DNA of 64,000 nucleotides, taken from the NCBI GenBank assembly GCA_021848065.1, contig JAJZNA010000009.1:3271-67270 (forward strand). The letters run 5' to 3'. Origin of the DNA: Candidatus Micrarchaeota archaeon (GTDB taxonomy: Archaea > Micrarchaeota > Micrarchaeia > Micrarchaeales > CABMGC01). Within the stretch, counting starts at the first letter, position 1, and every line of letters begins with the position of its first letter. Below the pieces are notes generated by a model. The model did no database searches and was not told the origin of the DNA. It was given only the letters and a program-made list of their open reading frames with translations. The position numbers and the translations under genes are program-made. Shown here in pieces: positions 27,218 through 36,745 of the stretch.

Positions 27218-27434
27218 AGTCTAAACTTGATACGCCGGGACTGGGATTTCCATAGGCACTGCCATCTGCAACGGCCTAATTTGAACCCAGAAGGCCCGAA
27301 GGCCACCAGATCTCGAGTTTCGCCAATTGTTCTGGCGCGATACCGGATTCTGCCATCCCGGCGCAGCGTTAAATGGTGGAACGATAAAAGTAATAAATAC
27401 CTGCTGCGCTATATTTGCATCTAAATCTGATGAA

Positions 27435-28997
27435 ATGCCTTCGCTATCCTCAAAGTCAACATTAAGGCTCTTCGTTGTCGCCTTATTCGTGCTTCTAACC
27501 CTTTCCGGGCTGATGTTCTCCCTATACTTGATATACTTTGGCGCACACGACTTCTACACGTATGCCATAGCCTCATTTTTCATAATACTCTCCCTAGTGT
27601 CGGGGTTCTTCAACATATTTATCTCATATTCATACTACAGGTCCGCATTCTACGGGGAGTATCTCGATGGCATAAAGAAGAGGCTCAAGCCCCTTTCCGC
27701 ATATCCTACTGTGGCTGTGGCAATGCCCGTGTACAACGAGGATAAGAGCATAGTCAAGAAGAACTTGCTGAGGCTAAAGGACTTGAATTATCCATCTGAT
27801 AGGATACGATTCTACCTTCTTGACGATTCCACTAAGAAGTCCATCTCTTGGGACCTTAAAAAATTCGCCAAGGCCAATGGCATAGTATACCTAAAGCGCA
27901 AGGTACGTGATGGATTCAAGGCTGGCGCACTGAACAACATGCTCAAACACTCCAAAGAGGAGTTCATAGCCCTGTTTGATTATGACGAATATCTTACAGA
28001 CCCCAACTTCCTTACCGACCTGCTTCCGTACTTCCAGTCGGAGCGCCTGTCATACATACAGACAGAGAAAAGATACTTCAAGGGAACATTCTTTTCTGAT
28101 ACCGTGGATCTGTTCGACGCATTCTTCTTCAGGTTCGTACAGCCTTCCCGTGCCCTCAACAACACTGCGATATTCGCCGGCTCCTGTGGCCTGATAAGGA
28201 GGTCCGCGCTGGATAATATCGGCGGTTTTCCAGAGTACATAATAGAGGATACCTTCTTTAGCCTAGAATCAGACATGCACAACTACACGAGCCTCTACCT
28301 GCCCAAGGTGTACGCCTATGGCAAGCCAATCTACACGTTCACAGATCTTGTAAAGCAGCAGTGGAGATACAATTACGGGGACACGCAGTTCCTCCTATAC
28401 TACTTAAAGAGGATATGGAATAACAGCGATGGGCAGAGGAAGCAGTCATTGCTCTCCACCATAGACTATATAACCCATGGCTTTGGGCTGAACTACGTAT
28501 CAATAATACTGATAATGTTCACAATACTCTCTGCCCTGGTCATATTCGCAGCAGTCCCGCCTGCGCATATCTCAATATCCCAACTGCTAAGTGCCCAGTA
28601 CATAGCCACTACGATGGAGATAATCGGCATCGGCACATTCATAATCTCTGTACTTGCGCCTGCGATATTGACCAAGATACACTTCAAGTCCATAAAGAAG
28701 GGGCTCATGGTATTCCTGCTGAATTTTGCCCTCTCCTTCATAAGGACGAAGGCCGCCATGGCAGCCTACCTGAACACGTACCCTACCTCCGCATGGTCAA
28801 AGGGTGAACGAAGGACTCTGGGCTCAAAGGTTCTTATAACACTGAAAAACTCTTTCTCTGAGGTTCTTTTCTCCATGGCGCTGCTTGTCCTGAGCATGTT
28901 TGCCTTCATAATAAATAATGTATATGGGGCAGCGTGGCTCCTATGGTATGCCATACTCTATTCATCCACATTCATACTCTTCTACAAATACGGTTAA
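27435..28997 (+). CDS. Membrane-embedded family 2 glycosyltransferase (processive, cellulose/chitin-synthase-like)
   Basis: GT2 motifs VAVAMPVYNED, LLDDST, ALFDYDE, QTEKRY and a QxxRW-like QQWRY. Several TM helices on both sides. Start set at ATG 27435 (MPSLSS). Confidence 0.75.
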   Translation: MPSLSSKSTLRLFVVALFVLLTLSGLMFSLYLIYFGAHDFYTYAIASFFIILSLVSGFFNIFISYSYYRSAFYGEYLDGIKKRLKPLSAYPTVAVAMPVYNEDKSIVKKNLLRLKDLNYPSDRIRFYLLDDSTKKSISWDLKKFAKANGIVYLKRKVRDGFKAGALNNMLKHSKEEFIALFDYDEYLTDPNFLTDLLPYFQSERLSYIQTEKRYFKGTFFSDTVDLFDAFFFRFVQPSRALNNTAIFAGSCGLIRRSALDNIGGFPEYIIEDTFFSLESDMHNYTSLYLPKVYAYGKPIYTFTDLVKQQWRYNYGDTQFLLYYLKRIWNNSDGQRKQSLLSTIDYITHGFGLNYVSIILIMFTILSALVIFAAVPPAHISISQLLSAQYIATTMEIIGIGTFIISVLAPAILTKIHFKSIKKGLMVFLLNFALSFIRTKAAMAAYLNTYPTSAWSKGERRTLGSKVLITLKNSFSEVLFSMALLVLSMFAFIINNVYGAAWLLWYAILYSSTFILFYKYG

Positions 28998-29007
28998 TGG
29001 TGAGATC

Positions 29008-29316
29008 ATGATATACTTCAACAAGTTCGACACAGCGAAGGGGCGCATCGTCGCCATGTGCGACGAAGAGCTCATGGGAAAGGTATTCAAGGACGGCAAG
29101 GTGGAGCTAGACCTGAAGACTTATGGGGGCTTCTACAAGGGCGAACTAATAAGTGAGGAAAAGGCAAAGTCGCAGATAGACGATAGCGTCTACTCTGCCA
29201 ATGTGGTGGGGGAAAGGTCAGTAAAGCTACTCATGGACGCAAATCTTGTAACAGAATCAGAAGTAAAGACTGTCCAGGGTGTGCGCTTCGTCCATCTTTT
29301 CAGGGTGGACAAGTAG
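29008..29316 (+). CDS. DUF424 family protein
   Basis: MIYFNKFDTAKGRIVAMCDEELMGK pattern typical of DUF424/COG2412. Start at the internal ATG 29008, after the GT2 stop. Confidence 0.65.
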   Translation: MIYFNKFDTAKGRIVAMCDEELMGKVFKDGKVELDLKTYGGFYKGELISEEKAKSQIDDSVYSANVVGERSVKLLMDANLVTESEVKTVQGVRFVHLFRVDK

Positions 29317-29337
29317 CTGCCACAGTCCTGCGGCGTC

Positions 29338-29682
29338 TCAGGCCCCTCCCTTAAGGGCTATCAATGCCGCGGCTATGTCGCCGTTGGCATCCTCCAGGGC
29401 CTCTCTTGCCTTCTCCCTGTCATCGACTCCTGATTTCTCCATAACAAGCGCTATGTCATCCTCGTTTATCTCCGTCTTTACCTTGTCGACTTCCTTTATG
29501 TCCCCGTTTATCTGGAATGATCTTGTTCCCTGTGCATCTATCTGCATTACCTGCGGGTTGTCTATGACTATATCCCTATCCTTTCCCTCTATGACTACTC
29601 TCAGGGCCTCGATCTCGGAAGAGCGTATGCCCATGCTCTCCATCATCCTTTTGAGCTGCCTTGGGTCAACGTTAGGCATCAT
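29338..29682 (-). CDS. nac: Nascent polypeptide-associated complex protein (NAC alpha, with UBA)
   Basis: MMPNVDPRQLKRMMESMGI, then the NAC beta-barrel, then the C-terminal UBA-like REALEDANGDIAAALIAL. Confidence 0.85.
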   Translation of the reverse strand: MMPNVDPRQLKRMMESMGIRSSEIEALRVVIEGKDRDIVIDNPQVMQIDAQGTRSFQINGDIKEVDKVKTEINEDDIALVMEKSGVDDREKAREALEDANGDIAAALIALKGGA

Positions 29683-29905
29683 AATATCATTATAGTATGT
29701 AAGGCACAAGGTTTATAAGCAAGGACATGCAGTAGGCAGTAATGCATCGGGTTATTGCATGGGACTTGCTATGACACTACAAACTGCTCCAAAATCCGGT
29801 GGGTTTGCCTTTCGTCGTAGCACTTCGTCAATAGTAGAAATCACTTCTAACAAAAGACGAAATTTTACTGCTAATATGCAAATTAAAAGTAAAATAAATC
29901 GAAAG

Positions 29906-29915
29906 TATTTAAATA
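29906..29915 (+). promoter_or_regulatory. TATA-like box upstream of the S-layer candidate gene
   Basis: tatttaaata lies about 50 nt upstream of ATG 29962. An SD-like gtggtgg sits at 29954-29960. Confidence 0.35.
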
Positions 29916-29961
29916 GTTAACTACAAACTCAATATCACAATTGAATATTAAGTGTGGTGGA

Positions 29962-32900
29962 ATGAAAACCATAAACGCAAAGAGAATAGCTGCGGTCGCA
30001 GCAAGTTTGTTGATGGGCCTCGCGTTCGCAGGCACAGGAGTGACTTGGAATAATATCCCTATAATAAATAACCAGGGACAACCAGTCGTACAGGTAGTAG
30101 TAGGTTCGGCAGCACAACCGAGCGACGGAGTAGTTGCGGCAAACATCGCTGCAGTACTGGGCAACTTGGCCTTTACATCCGTAAACGTTACGGCATCTGT
30201 AAGCCAGAGCAGCCTCTCGAAGGTTAACTGTGTGGTAACAACTCCACAGTGCACGCTGACCAACCAGCAGGTATGGTTCAACGCAAAGGGCTTCTCAGCT
30301 CCAAGTGGTTCGTACGCATTCACCGCACTGATAGGATCCGTGTTCAACGGAGCAGTGAACCTTGGTTCACCTCAGAACACGAAGACCCTCCAGTCATCTA
30401 CTACATATACATACCCAGGTGCATTTGCAAACAACCAGCCAGGACTGCAGATGTCTCCAGTGGCATCTCCATACAGTGGATCAGTAACTCCACCAGCTCC
30501 GCAGACCGTAACTGCCTCTTCTAACGGGGGTGGTTTGTCATCTTCAGGATTTGGAGGAACGGGATTCAGGCTCAGCGGGAATGACAACCTTCTTCAGGTT
30601 ACATCCTCACAGCTTCCATCCCTTCTGACAAACTGGGGTTCATACGGCGAGTCAACAACGCTCTGGTTCACAGGCATACCTGTATTTGACCAGTCAACGT
30701 CACCTGCAGTGAACAACTTCGCAGTGTTCGACGTAGGCGGTGCATACCAGGCAATGTTCAACAAGCCAATACAGTGGAGAACGGGCAGCAACTCGATAAA
30801 CAATGCAGCAATAAACTTCATGGGAGCAAACTGGACAATACTGAACTACAAGCTTCCTGGAGCAAGCGCATGGAACCACTACACAACGCAGGTTCTGGCA
30901 TCCCCAGCAACAGCGTCAGGAAACGCAATGCTTGGAGGAGCAATATCCCTCGCCTCTACTCTGACCCCTGTGCAGACAGTGTACGTGGGCCACAACATAA
31001 CGAGCGGCGGATTCACAGTCTCCCTTACGGACTTGGGACAGCCTAACTCCAACGGAACATCGCAGGCGTCAGTCAATGTATTCTACAATGGAACATTGAC
31101 AAATACAACGCAGCTAGCTCCTGGAGTCACGACAAAGTTCACTGTTGGAACGCACAACATATATGTAAAGGTAAATCAGACCTTTGCAGGTTTGTATGCA
31201 TACCAGAAGTGGGCAAAGTTCCAGCTGTACTCAAACGTAATGAACGTAACTGACAACACTGCGCTCAACCAGTCGAACGCAAATGGATGGACAGCAAGGC
31301 TGTGGTGGACAAATACAACAAACGGTGCAGGCAGCATGCCTAACGCACTCTCAGGAATAGTTGTGTACAACACATCTCCAAACAACAACCCTCTGCTTCC
31401 AGGACAGACGTTCAAGATAGCAACGCCTAACATGACGAACTATCAGCTGAACTTTGTGGGATCAACACTGGGAACGAACTTCGACCCGGTGACGTTCACT
31501 ACGGGTACAACGACAACGAGCTACCAGAACCTGGGTTCAAACCCTGCAACAACTGGTCTGGGCAACATCGCAAACCTGACGCAGCAGCCTTCACCTACTC
31601 TTACCGTATCAAGCGGAAGTGTAACAGGCGCATTCACATACGCAGGACAGGTATCAAGCCAGCTGTACTACAACCTTGTTCCATACAAACTCAATGAGGT
31701 TGCAAACGGTATAACTGCAAACACCATGCTAGCAACAGGCGCTGCTCATGACTCTGCGGTTACTACGGACAATGTGTTGCTCAGTGCAACTAACGGCGAT
31801 GCCAATGTGGTAACGCCTAGCAACCCTCTGACCGTGACCGTAGTGGGTTACACGACCTCAACACAGGCTGGCGGTGTCTCAAACACCCTCGCATCGAACT
31901 CCATAACGTTCTATGCACTGCCTGGTGGTAGCAACTCAGTAGGTCTTGGTGAGCTCTTGTACAACGTTACTAACATCTACTTCAGCAGACCAGTTCCTCT
32001 GCTTGATGCAAATGTTATAACATATACTGCAGCGGTAGGTACGCCTGCAGTGAACACGTTGGCAACACTCGTGCCAGCGAATCCAGAGCTAATGTACTAC
32101 TCCCAGTCTGGACAGTCTAACTACCGCCTCACATCTGGTTCAAGTGTAAACTACAACCAGCAGAACGGGCAGCCAATAGAGTACTTCAACCTGACTCCTG
32201 CAACTCCAGGAGTAACAGGAACGTCAAAGCCGTATTTCACGTACAAGGTGACTGAATACCCTGTACCTGCAATAACCTCGACGAACGACATACTCGAATT
32301 GGGAATCTACAACAGCTCTACTGGAATAAGCGCATCGCCATACTTCCAGCTGAACACTTCAGTGGCGGGAACGAAGAACAACGCAACATACGTCTCTTCG
32401 CAGGGCAATTCCGTGAACGCGCCTCAGGGCTTTATGACTGAGCGTGGAAGCAAGGTTGCTTCAATCTCCCCAACTTCGGTGACTCTGGACCTGGCAAAGG
32501 CTGTAGACACACTGCAGTTCGTGGTCTCCCCTACAATGGGATACAACGCGTCAACGTCTTCGACGACGACGTCAGTTGGACCTGTTGGAATAGGACAGGC
32601 TGTACCTGGAGTGGCTAACCTGACAGTTAGCGCAGTGAACGCAACATGCGCATTCACGGCAACCAGCTGCAACGTAACCGGACTCGGCAACCTGACTGCA
32701 ACACCTTCGCAGACCCAGGCAGTAACGCCTGTGTACCTCCACACTGACACGACGCCTCTCGTAGTGCTTGACAGCCAGGCAAACCCTGCTGCAACACTCA
32801 TAGTGGTAGGAAGCAAGTACGTGAACTCAGTGGCTGGACAGGTATTCGCACAGAACCCATCGCTTAACTCAAGCTTTGGACCAAGCTCTGTCGTAGTATC

Positions 32901-33009
32901 TGCAGAGGGCACGAACAGGATACTGGTCGCAGGATACTCTGCAAACCAGACCGTTCAGGCAGGCAACCAGTTCATACAGCAGTTGCTGCAGGCCGCAGGA
33001 GTAGCGTAA
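29962..33009 (+). CDS. Putative S-layer / major surface glycoprotein
   Basis: Signal peptide MKTINAKRIAAVAASLLMGLAFAG. 1,015 aa rich in T/S/N/G/V with dozens of NxS/T sequons and no TM anchor. Strong hairpin plus oligo-T terminator downstream. Start set at ATG 29962. Confidence 0.6.
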   Translation: MKTINAKRIAAVAASLLMGLAFAGTGVTWNNIPIINNQGQPVVQVVVGSAAQPSDGVVAANIAAVLGNLAFTSVNVTASVSQSSLSKVNCVVTTPQCTLTNQQVWFNAKGFSAPSGSYAFTALIGSVFNGAVNLGSPQNTKTLQSSTTYTYPGAFANNQPGLQMSPVASPYSGSVTPPAPQTVTASSNGGGLSSSGFGGTGFRLSGNDNLLQVTSSQLPSLLTNWGSYGESTTLWFTGIPVFDQSTSPAVNNFAVFDVGGAYQAMFNKPIQWRTGSNSINNAAINFMGANWTILNYKLPGASAWNHYTTQVLASPATASGNAMLGGAISLASTLTPVQTVYVGHNITSGGFTVSLTDLGQPNSNGTSQASVNVFYNGTLTNTTQLAPGVTTKFTVGTHNIYVKVNQTFAGLYAYQKWAKFQLYSNVMNVTDNTALNQSNANGWTARLWWTNTTNGAGSMPNALSGIVVYNTSPNNNPLLPGQTFKIATPNMTNYQLNFVGSTLGTNFDPVTFTTGTTTTSYQNLGSNPATTGLGNIANLTQQPSPTLTVSSGSVTGAFTYAGQVSSQLYYNLVPYKLNEVANGITANTMLATGAAHDSAVTTDNVLLSATNGDANVVTPSNPLTVTVVGYTTSTQAGGVSNTLASNSITFYALPGGSNSVGLGELLYNVTNIYFSRPVPLLDANVITYTAAVGTPAVNTLATLVPANPELMYYSQSGQSNYRLTSGSSVNYNQQNGQPIEYFNLTPATPGVTGTSKPYFTYKVTEYPVPAITSTNDILELGIYNSSTGISASPYFQLNTSVAGTKNNATYVSSQGNSVNAPQGFMTERGSKVASISPTSVTLDLAKAVDTLQFVVSPTMGYNASTSSTTTSVGPVGIGQAVPGVANLTVSAVNATCAFTATSCNVTGLGNLTATPSQTQAVTPVYLHTDTTPLVVLDSQANPAATLIVVGSKYVNSVAGQVFAQNPSLNSSFGPSSVVVSAEGTNRILVAGYSANQTVQAGNQFIQQLLQAAGVA

Positions 33010-33031
33010 AGAGTACGCAATTAGTTCGACA

Positions 33032-33090
33032 GGCGAAGCCTTAGGGCTTCGCCGTCTTTCTTTTTCTTTTTCCTTTTCTATTCCTTTTCT
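33032..33090 (+). terminator. Hairpin plus pyrimidine/T-rich tract terminator
   Basis: GGCGAAGCC-TTAG-GGCTTCGCC (33032-33053) followed by a long run of T/CT tracts. Confidence 0.7.
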
Positions 33091-33178
33091 GCTTTTATCA
33101 TCGTTTTTTATCCCGAACTTTTAAGAAATCTTTATAAGCTTCTGCATTGAATTAATAACACTACATCTTGGGTATGAT

Positions 33179-35287
33179 ATGCAACGATTAACCTATGTCC
33201 TCGTATTTCTTGCCATCCTTTCAGCTTCAGTAGGCGCAGATTACACATCTCTTTTTGCACAGACAAACATCGCACCAAATGCAAACGCCCTACTCCAAGA
33301 ATACAACGTATCCAACTCGCTCATTTCCAGCATGACTTATGCCAACATAAACTACAGCGGGCACTCATATCTCCTCGCCTATTCCGGGAAGACTCCAGAA
33401 TTCCTCATAAACAGCACCGGCGGTGTTTACAGCATAATACTAAACTCAACCAACATCGCAGCAATAATAAATAATCACATAATAAACACGAGCCTTTACA
33501 GCATTAACACCACATACCTTGAAAGCTCCATGAACTCGTACAACCAGTCATCGTCGTCTGCGCTTACTGCATGCATAGAGGAGACTGGGCTGGACAGGGC
33601 AACCTGTACATTTGCCAACAACTGTGAGTCATGCACCCAGGTTCCTGCATGTGGAGGGGCTCCGCGCAAGAATTTCCAGTCTGCATTCTATGCGACAGGG
33701 GGCATATATGGCATCCTGGCATATGGGATAATGCTTCTGCAGTCTCAATACGCCAGCCTTGAATCAAACTTCTCAATATACTTCTCCGGAGTGAATTCAC
33801 TTAAGGGCGGAAATCCGCAAGGCCTTAACTCAGTAGTATCTGGATTTGGCAACGTCTCAAACATCACCTCTACAATATACCAGAACCCCCTATTCCCGCC
33901 CCTGCAGACTGCAGATTTTGGCCTGTGCTCTTCCGGAGGTGCAGGAACATCTAACGTTCCATCCGCGAACGGACCTTGGTACTGTTCATCTCTCGGATTC
34001 TGCCCATCCCTCTCATACAATTACACGCTCCTTGGGAACATGCAATCATACATATCGAGCGTAAGTTCGCTTCCGCTGACAAGCCAGCAGGTTGGCCAGA
34101 TAGCTGTCAACATAACCACAAATGAGGACGTGTATGTGCTTCCTGTCCTGACCAAGGAGAAGCACGCCCAGGCGCTCGCCATAGCCAATTCCGTGCTCCC
34201 TGATTACAACATGACAACTGCCGGAGCTGCCCTGCTTCTCTCGCACATATCAAACTCCATGCTGCAGAACCAGCTTTCAGCGTTGCAGTCAAACTATACC
34301 AAGCTTACTAGGAATTACGTAGTGTACAACCTATCCAGCCTCAACAAGTCCCTTGCAATACAGTACTCGCAGTTCAAGACTACCTATTACAACCTCAATT
34401 CAACATACTCCACTGCAGTATCCCTCGCTGCCAACAATACTGTTGCACTTGTAGAGCTCCAGTCAGGCAATCCAAGCCCTTCACAGCAGCTTACAGCACT
34501 CAGCTTCAGGCAGGCAAGCCTAAATTACATACTCGGATCCAAGACGAACAACATAAGCTCTGTCTACAATCAGCTTGTATCGGTAAGCCAGAGCGCCAAG
34601 TCTCTTTCGTTCACGCCAAGCCTTACGCAGTCGGGGGCAAGGCTCCTGGGCGCGCCTATCGCTTCTGCCATAGTCTCTGCAATGGGCCTGCCGTACTCTA
34701 CGGCACTCGCATACATGCCCGCCCTCTCCCTAGTGCCTGCAATAATAGTAGCAATAGTGGTCCTTGTGGCGCTATTCATGCTTCACAGGTCAATGATATC
34801 AAATAAGCGCATAATGCTCAACAGGAGGACCAGGAGGAACTGGCACATCGTGTTCATACTGGCAGGAGTTGTTGCTCTGATATTCCTGGCGGCCACGTAT
34901 GCGACAGCATCGGCAGCGAATGGGGAGGCGCCCATATCCTCATTCATAGCCGCAGTGCATTCATCCAAAAGTGTAGTGATAGCTCTCAACGGCACCAACA
35001 ACACCGCAATGATTTCGTGCGCAAACAGCGTAAAATCCTCGCTCAAAGCAATGAACAAGACTGCCACTGTAATAACCATGCGCGGAATATCATGCAACAA
35101 TGGATACCCTCTTGAGACTGTTGACAAGTGCATGGCCAGGTACGCCTCCAACAGCACCCCGGTAATAATATTCACAAACACGCCTACGATCTCGGTGTCT
35201 GCATACTCGTACTACGGCAGTGTTCTGAGCGTGAGCGGCGACCAGCAGTTCATGTCAACCTGCATTCCATCCATAATGATAAGGTGA
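33179..35287 (+). CDS. Membrane-anchored glycoprotein (signal peptide, Cys cluster, coiled-coil-like region, two TM helices, C-terminal ectodomain)
   Basis: Signal MQRLTYVLVFLAILSASVGA. Heptad-like LQNQLSALQSNYTKLTRNY region. TMs PAIIVAIVVLVALFML and HIVFILAGVVALIFLAA are separated by an RRTRRN loop. Confidence 0.6.
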   Translation: MQRLTYVLVFLAILSASVGADYTSLFAQTNIAPNANALLQEYNVSNSLISSMTYANINYSGHSYLLAYSGKTPEFLINSTGGVYSIILNSTNIAAIINNHIINTSLYSINTTYLESSMNSYNQSSSSALTACIEETGLDRATCTFANNCESCTQVPACGGAPRKNFQSAFYATGGIYGILAYGIMLLQSQYASLESNFSIYFSGVNSLKGGNPQGLNSVVSGFGNVSNITSTIYQNPLFPPLQTADFGLCSSGGAGTSNVPSANGPWYCSSLGFCPSLSYNYTLLGNMQSYISSVSSLPLTSQQVGQIAVNITTNEDVYVLPVLTKEKHAQALAIANSVLPDYNMTTAGAALLLSHISNSMLQNQLSALQSNYTKLTRNYVVYNLSSLNKSLAIQYSQFKTTYYNLNSTYSTAVSLAANNTVALVELQSGNPSPSQQLTALSFRQASLNYILGSKTNNISSVYNQLVSVSQSAKSLSFTPSLTQSGARLLGAPIASAIVSAMGLPYSTALAYMPALSLVPAIIVAIVVLVALFMLHRSMISNKRIMLNRRTRRNWHIVFILAGVVALIFLAATYATASAANGEAPISSFIAAVHSSKSVVIALNGTNNTAMISCANSVKSSLKAMNKTATVITMRGISCNNGYPLETVDKCMARYASNSTPVIIFTNTPTISVSAYSYYGSVLSVSGDQQFMSTCIPSIMIR

Positions 35288-35291
35288 GAGA

Positions 35292-35882
35292 TTGGCATCA
35301 AAAAGCTCCAAGACCAGCACTCAAGGAAAGGCCGCTAAGGCAAAGCATGAGGCTACGGGCGAATCCCAGGCGCGAAAGAAGGAAGCGCAAGGAGGACAGC
35401 GCCTGGACAAACGCACGATAGCAATAGCAGCGGCAGCCGTGATAATAATTATTGCCGCGGTTCTATACTCAATGACAATGGCATCCGGTGTTCCTTTCTC
35501 TACCTTCAGGTCCGATTTCCAGGGTGCGAGCCGTGTCAGCATAACTGCAACATACGCAACGCAGGCGCAGCTTGCCAATGAGACGTCCTGCTTCACTTCC
35601 ATAATACAGGTAGTTGCCCATACAAGGCAGCCTTCCACAATAGACTTCTTCATAATAGACAACCAGTCCGGCACGTGCACGTACTCCAGCACGGGCCTTG
35701 GAGGGAGCGTCAATCCTGTAACCACAAATGCGACATACTGCCTTTCAAAGGCATACGCGGAGAACGGGCTCTTCCTTAATTACAGCGCCTCAAACTCCAC
35801 CCTCATACGCTCCAAGCATATGTTTGTGTACGGAAACAATGGCTATCTGGCCCAATGCCCTATAGCAATAGACCTTAGCTGA
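35292..35882 (+). CDS. Signal-anchored protein with an ectodomain related to the C-terminal domain of the preceding gene
   Basis: Lys-rich N-terminus, TM IAIAAAAVIIIIAAVLY, and an ectodomain that shares a spaced Cys/hydrophobic pattern with residues after TM2 of the 33179 gene. Confidence 0.5.
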   Translation: MASKSSKTSTQGKAAKAKHEATGESQARKKEAQGGQRLDKRTIAIAAAAVIIIIAAVLYSMTMASGVPFSTFRSDFQGASRVSITATYATQAQLANETSCFTSIIQVVAHTRQPSTIDFFIIDNQSGTCTYSSTGLGGSVNPVTTNATYCLSKAYAENGLFLNYSASNSTLIRSKHMFVYGNNGYLAQCPIAIDLS

Positions 35883-35921
35883 AGAAGCTAGCCGTATAAC
35901 TGCATGTGGTTAATGGGGACT

Positions 35922-36347
35922 TTACGCCTGTTCGGCGCCGTGGAGCTCCTGCACATCCGTGCTTATTGGCAGTATGGCTTCCATTGTCCTGTTTGTCTCC
36001 ATTACCTTTCTCATGGTCACGTTGTAGTTCCTCTCCCCCTTGGTGAATTCAGAGAGCCTGATGAAGTACCATCCCTTGTTGCTTATCTTCCATGCAACGA
36101 ATGTAAGCGATGTGGTGTTCCTCTCCCACTCTACCAGCTTCTGGTACTGGTCCGGATCAAGGGAGAGGCTTCCCCTGTCCCAGGCCTTGCACTCTATGGC
36201 AAAGCAGAGGCTTCCCTTCAGGGCAAGGATGTCAGGCCCAAGGGCATTGACTCCAGATCCGGCAGCCCTTACGACTGAGTATCCCAACCCGTAGAACTTG
36301 TTGAGCAGTTCGCGTTCGCTCCTAGCCCCCTTAACATACCTTCTCAA
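35922..36347 (-). CDS. hjc: Holliday junction resolvase Hjc
   Basis: KGARSERELLNKFYGLGYSVVRAAGSG...DILA...FAIECKAW, the archaeal Hjc nuclease motif set. Confidence 0.85.
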   Translation of the reverse strand: MRRYVKGARSERELLNKFYGLGYSVVRAAGSGVNALGPDILALKGSLCFAIECKAWDRGSLSLDPDQYQKLVEWERNTTSLTFVAWKISNKGWYFIRLSEFTKGERNYNVTMRKVMETNRTMEAILPISTDVQELHGAEQA

Positions 36348-36745
36348 GCTATCGCCAAGAGAATCTCCGCTTGAGAATTAATAAACATTTGCGAGATATC
36401 CTGGCAAAATACGGCCTCAAGCGATCCGGGCCAATAATGCCATTCTATTCCTCTCCAGTATGCTATTTGGCGCCCCAGGCAATACTATTATTAAGGTTCG
36501 TCTCCTAAAATATTGTTAGAAAACAGTTGCATTATCAGGTGGCAAAATGGCCCTTTATACTAATCTAAAAACAATCTGGTACTTGAAGTACCATCTTTGC
36601 ATAGATGATCGAGGCCGCACACTCGCATAATCAGCTGTTTCTAAGGGCGTGGTAGCGTGCATAGGCGTGTACTGTCAGGACAGGGAATTATTAGAGCCAT
36701 GACTTTTGCCGCGTGCGTCCGGATCATGTTAATAAAGTGTTAATT

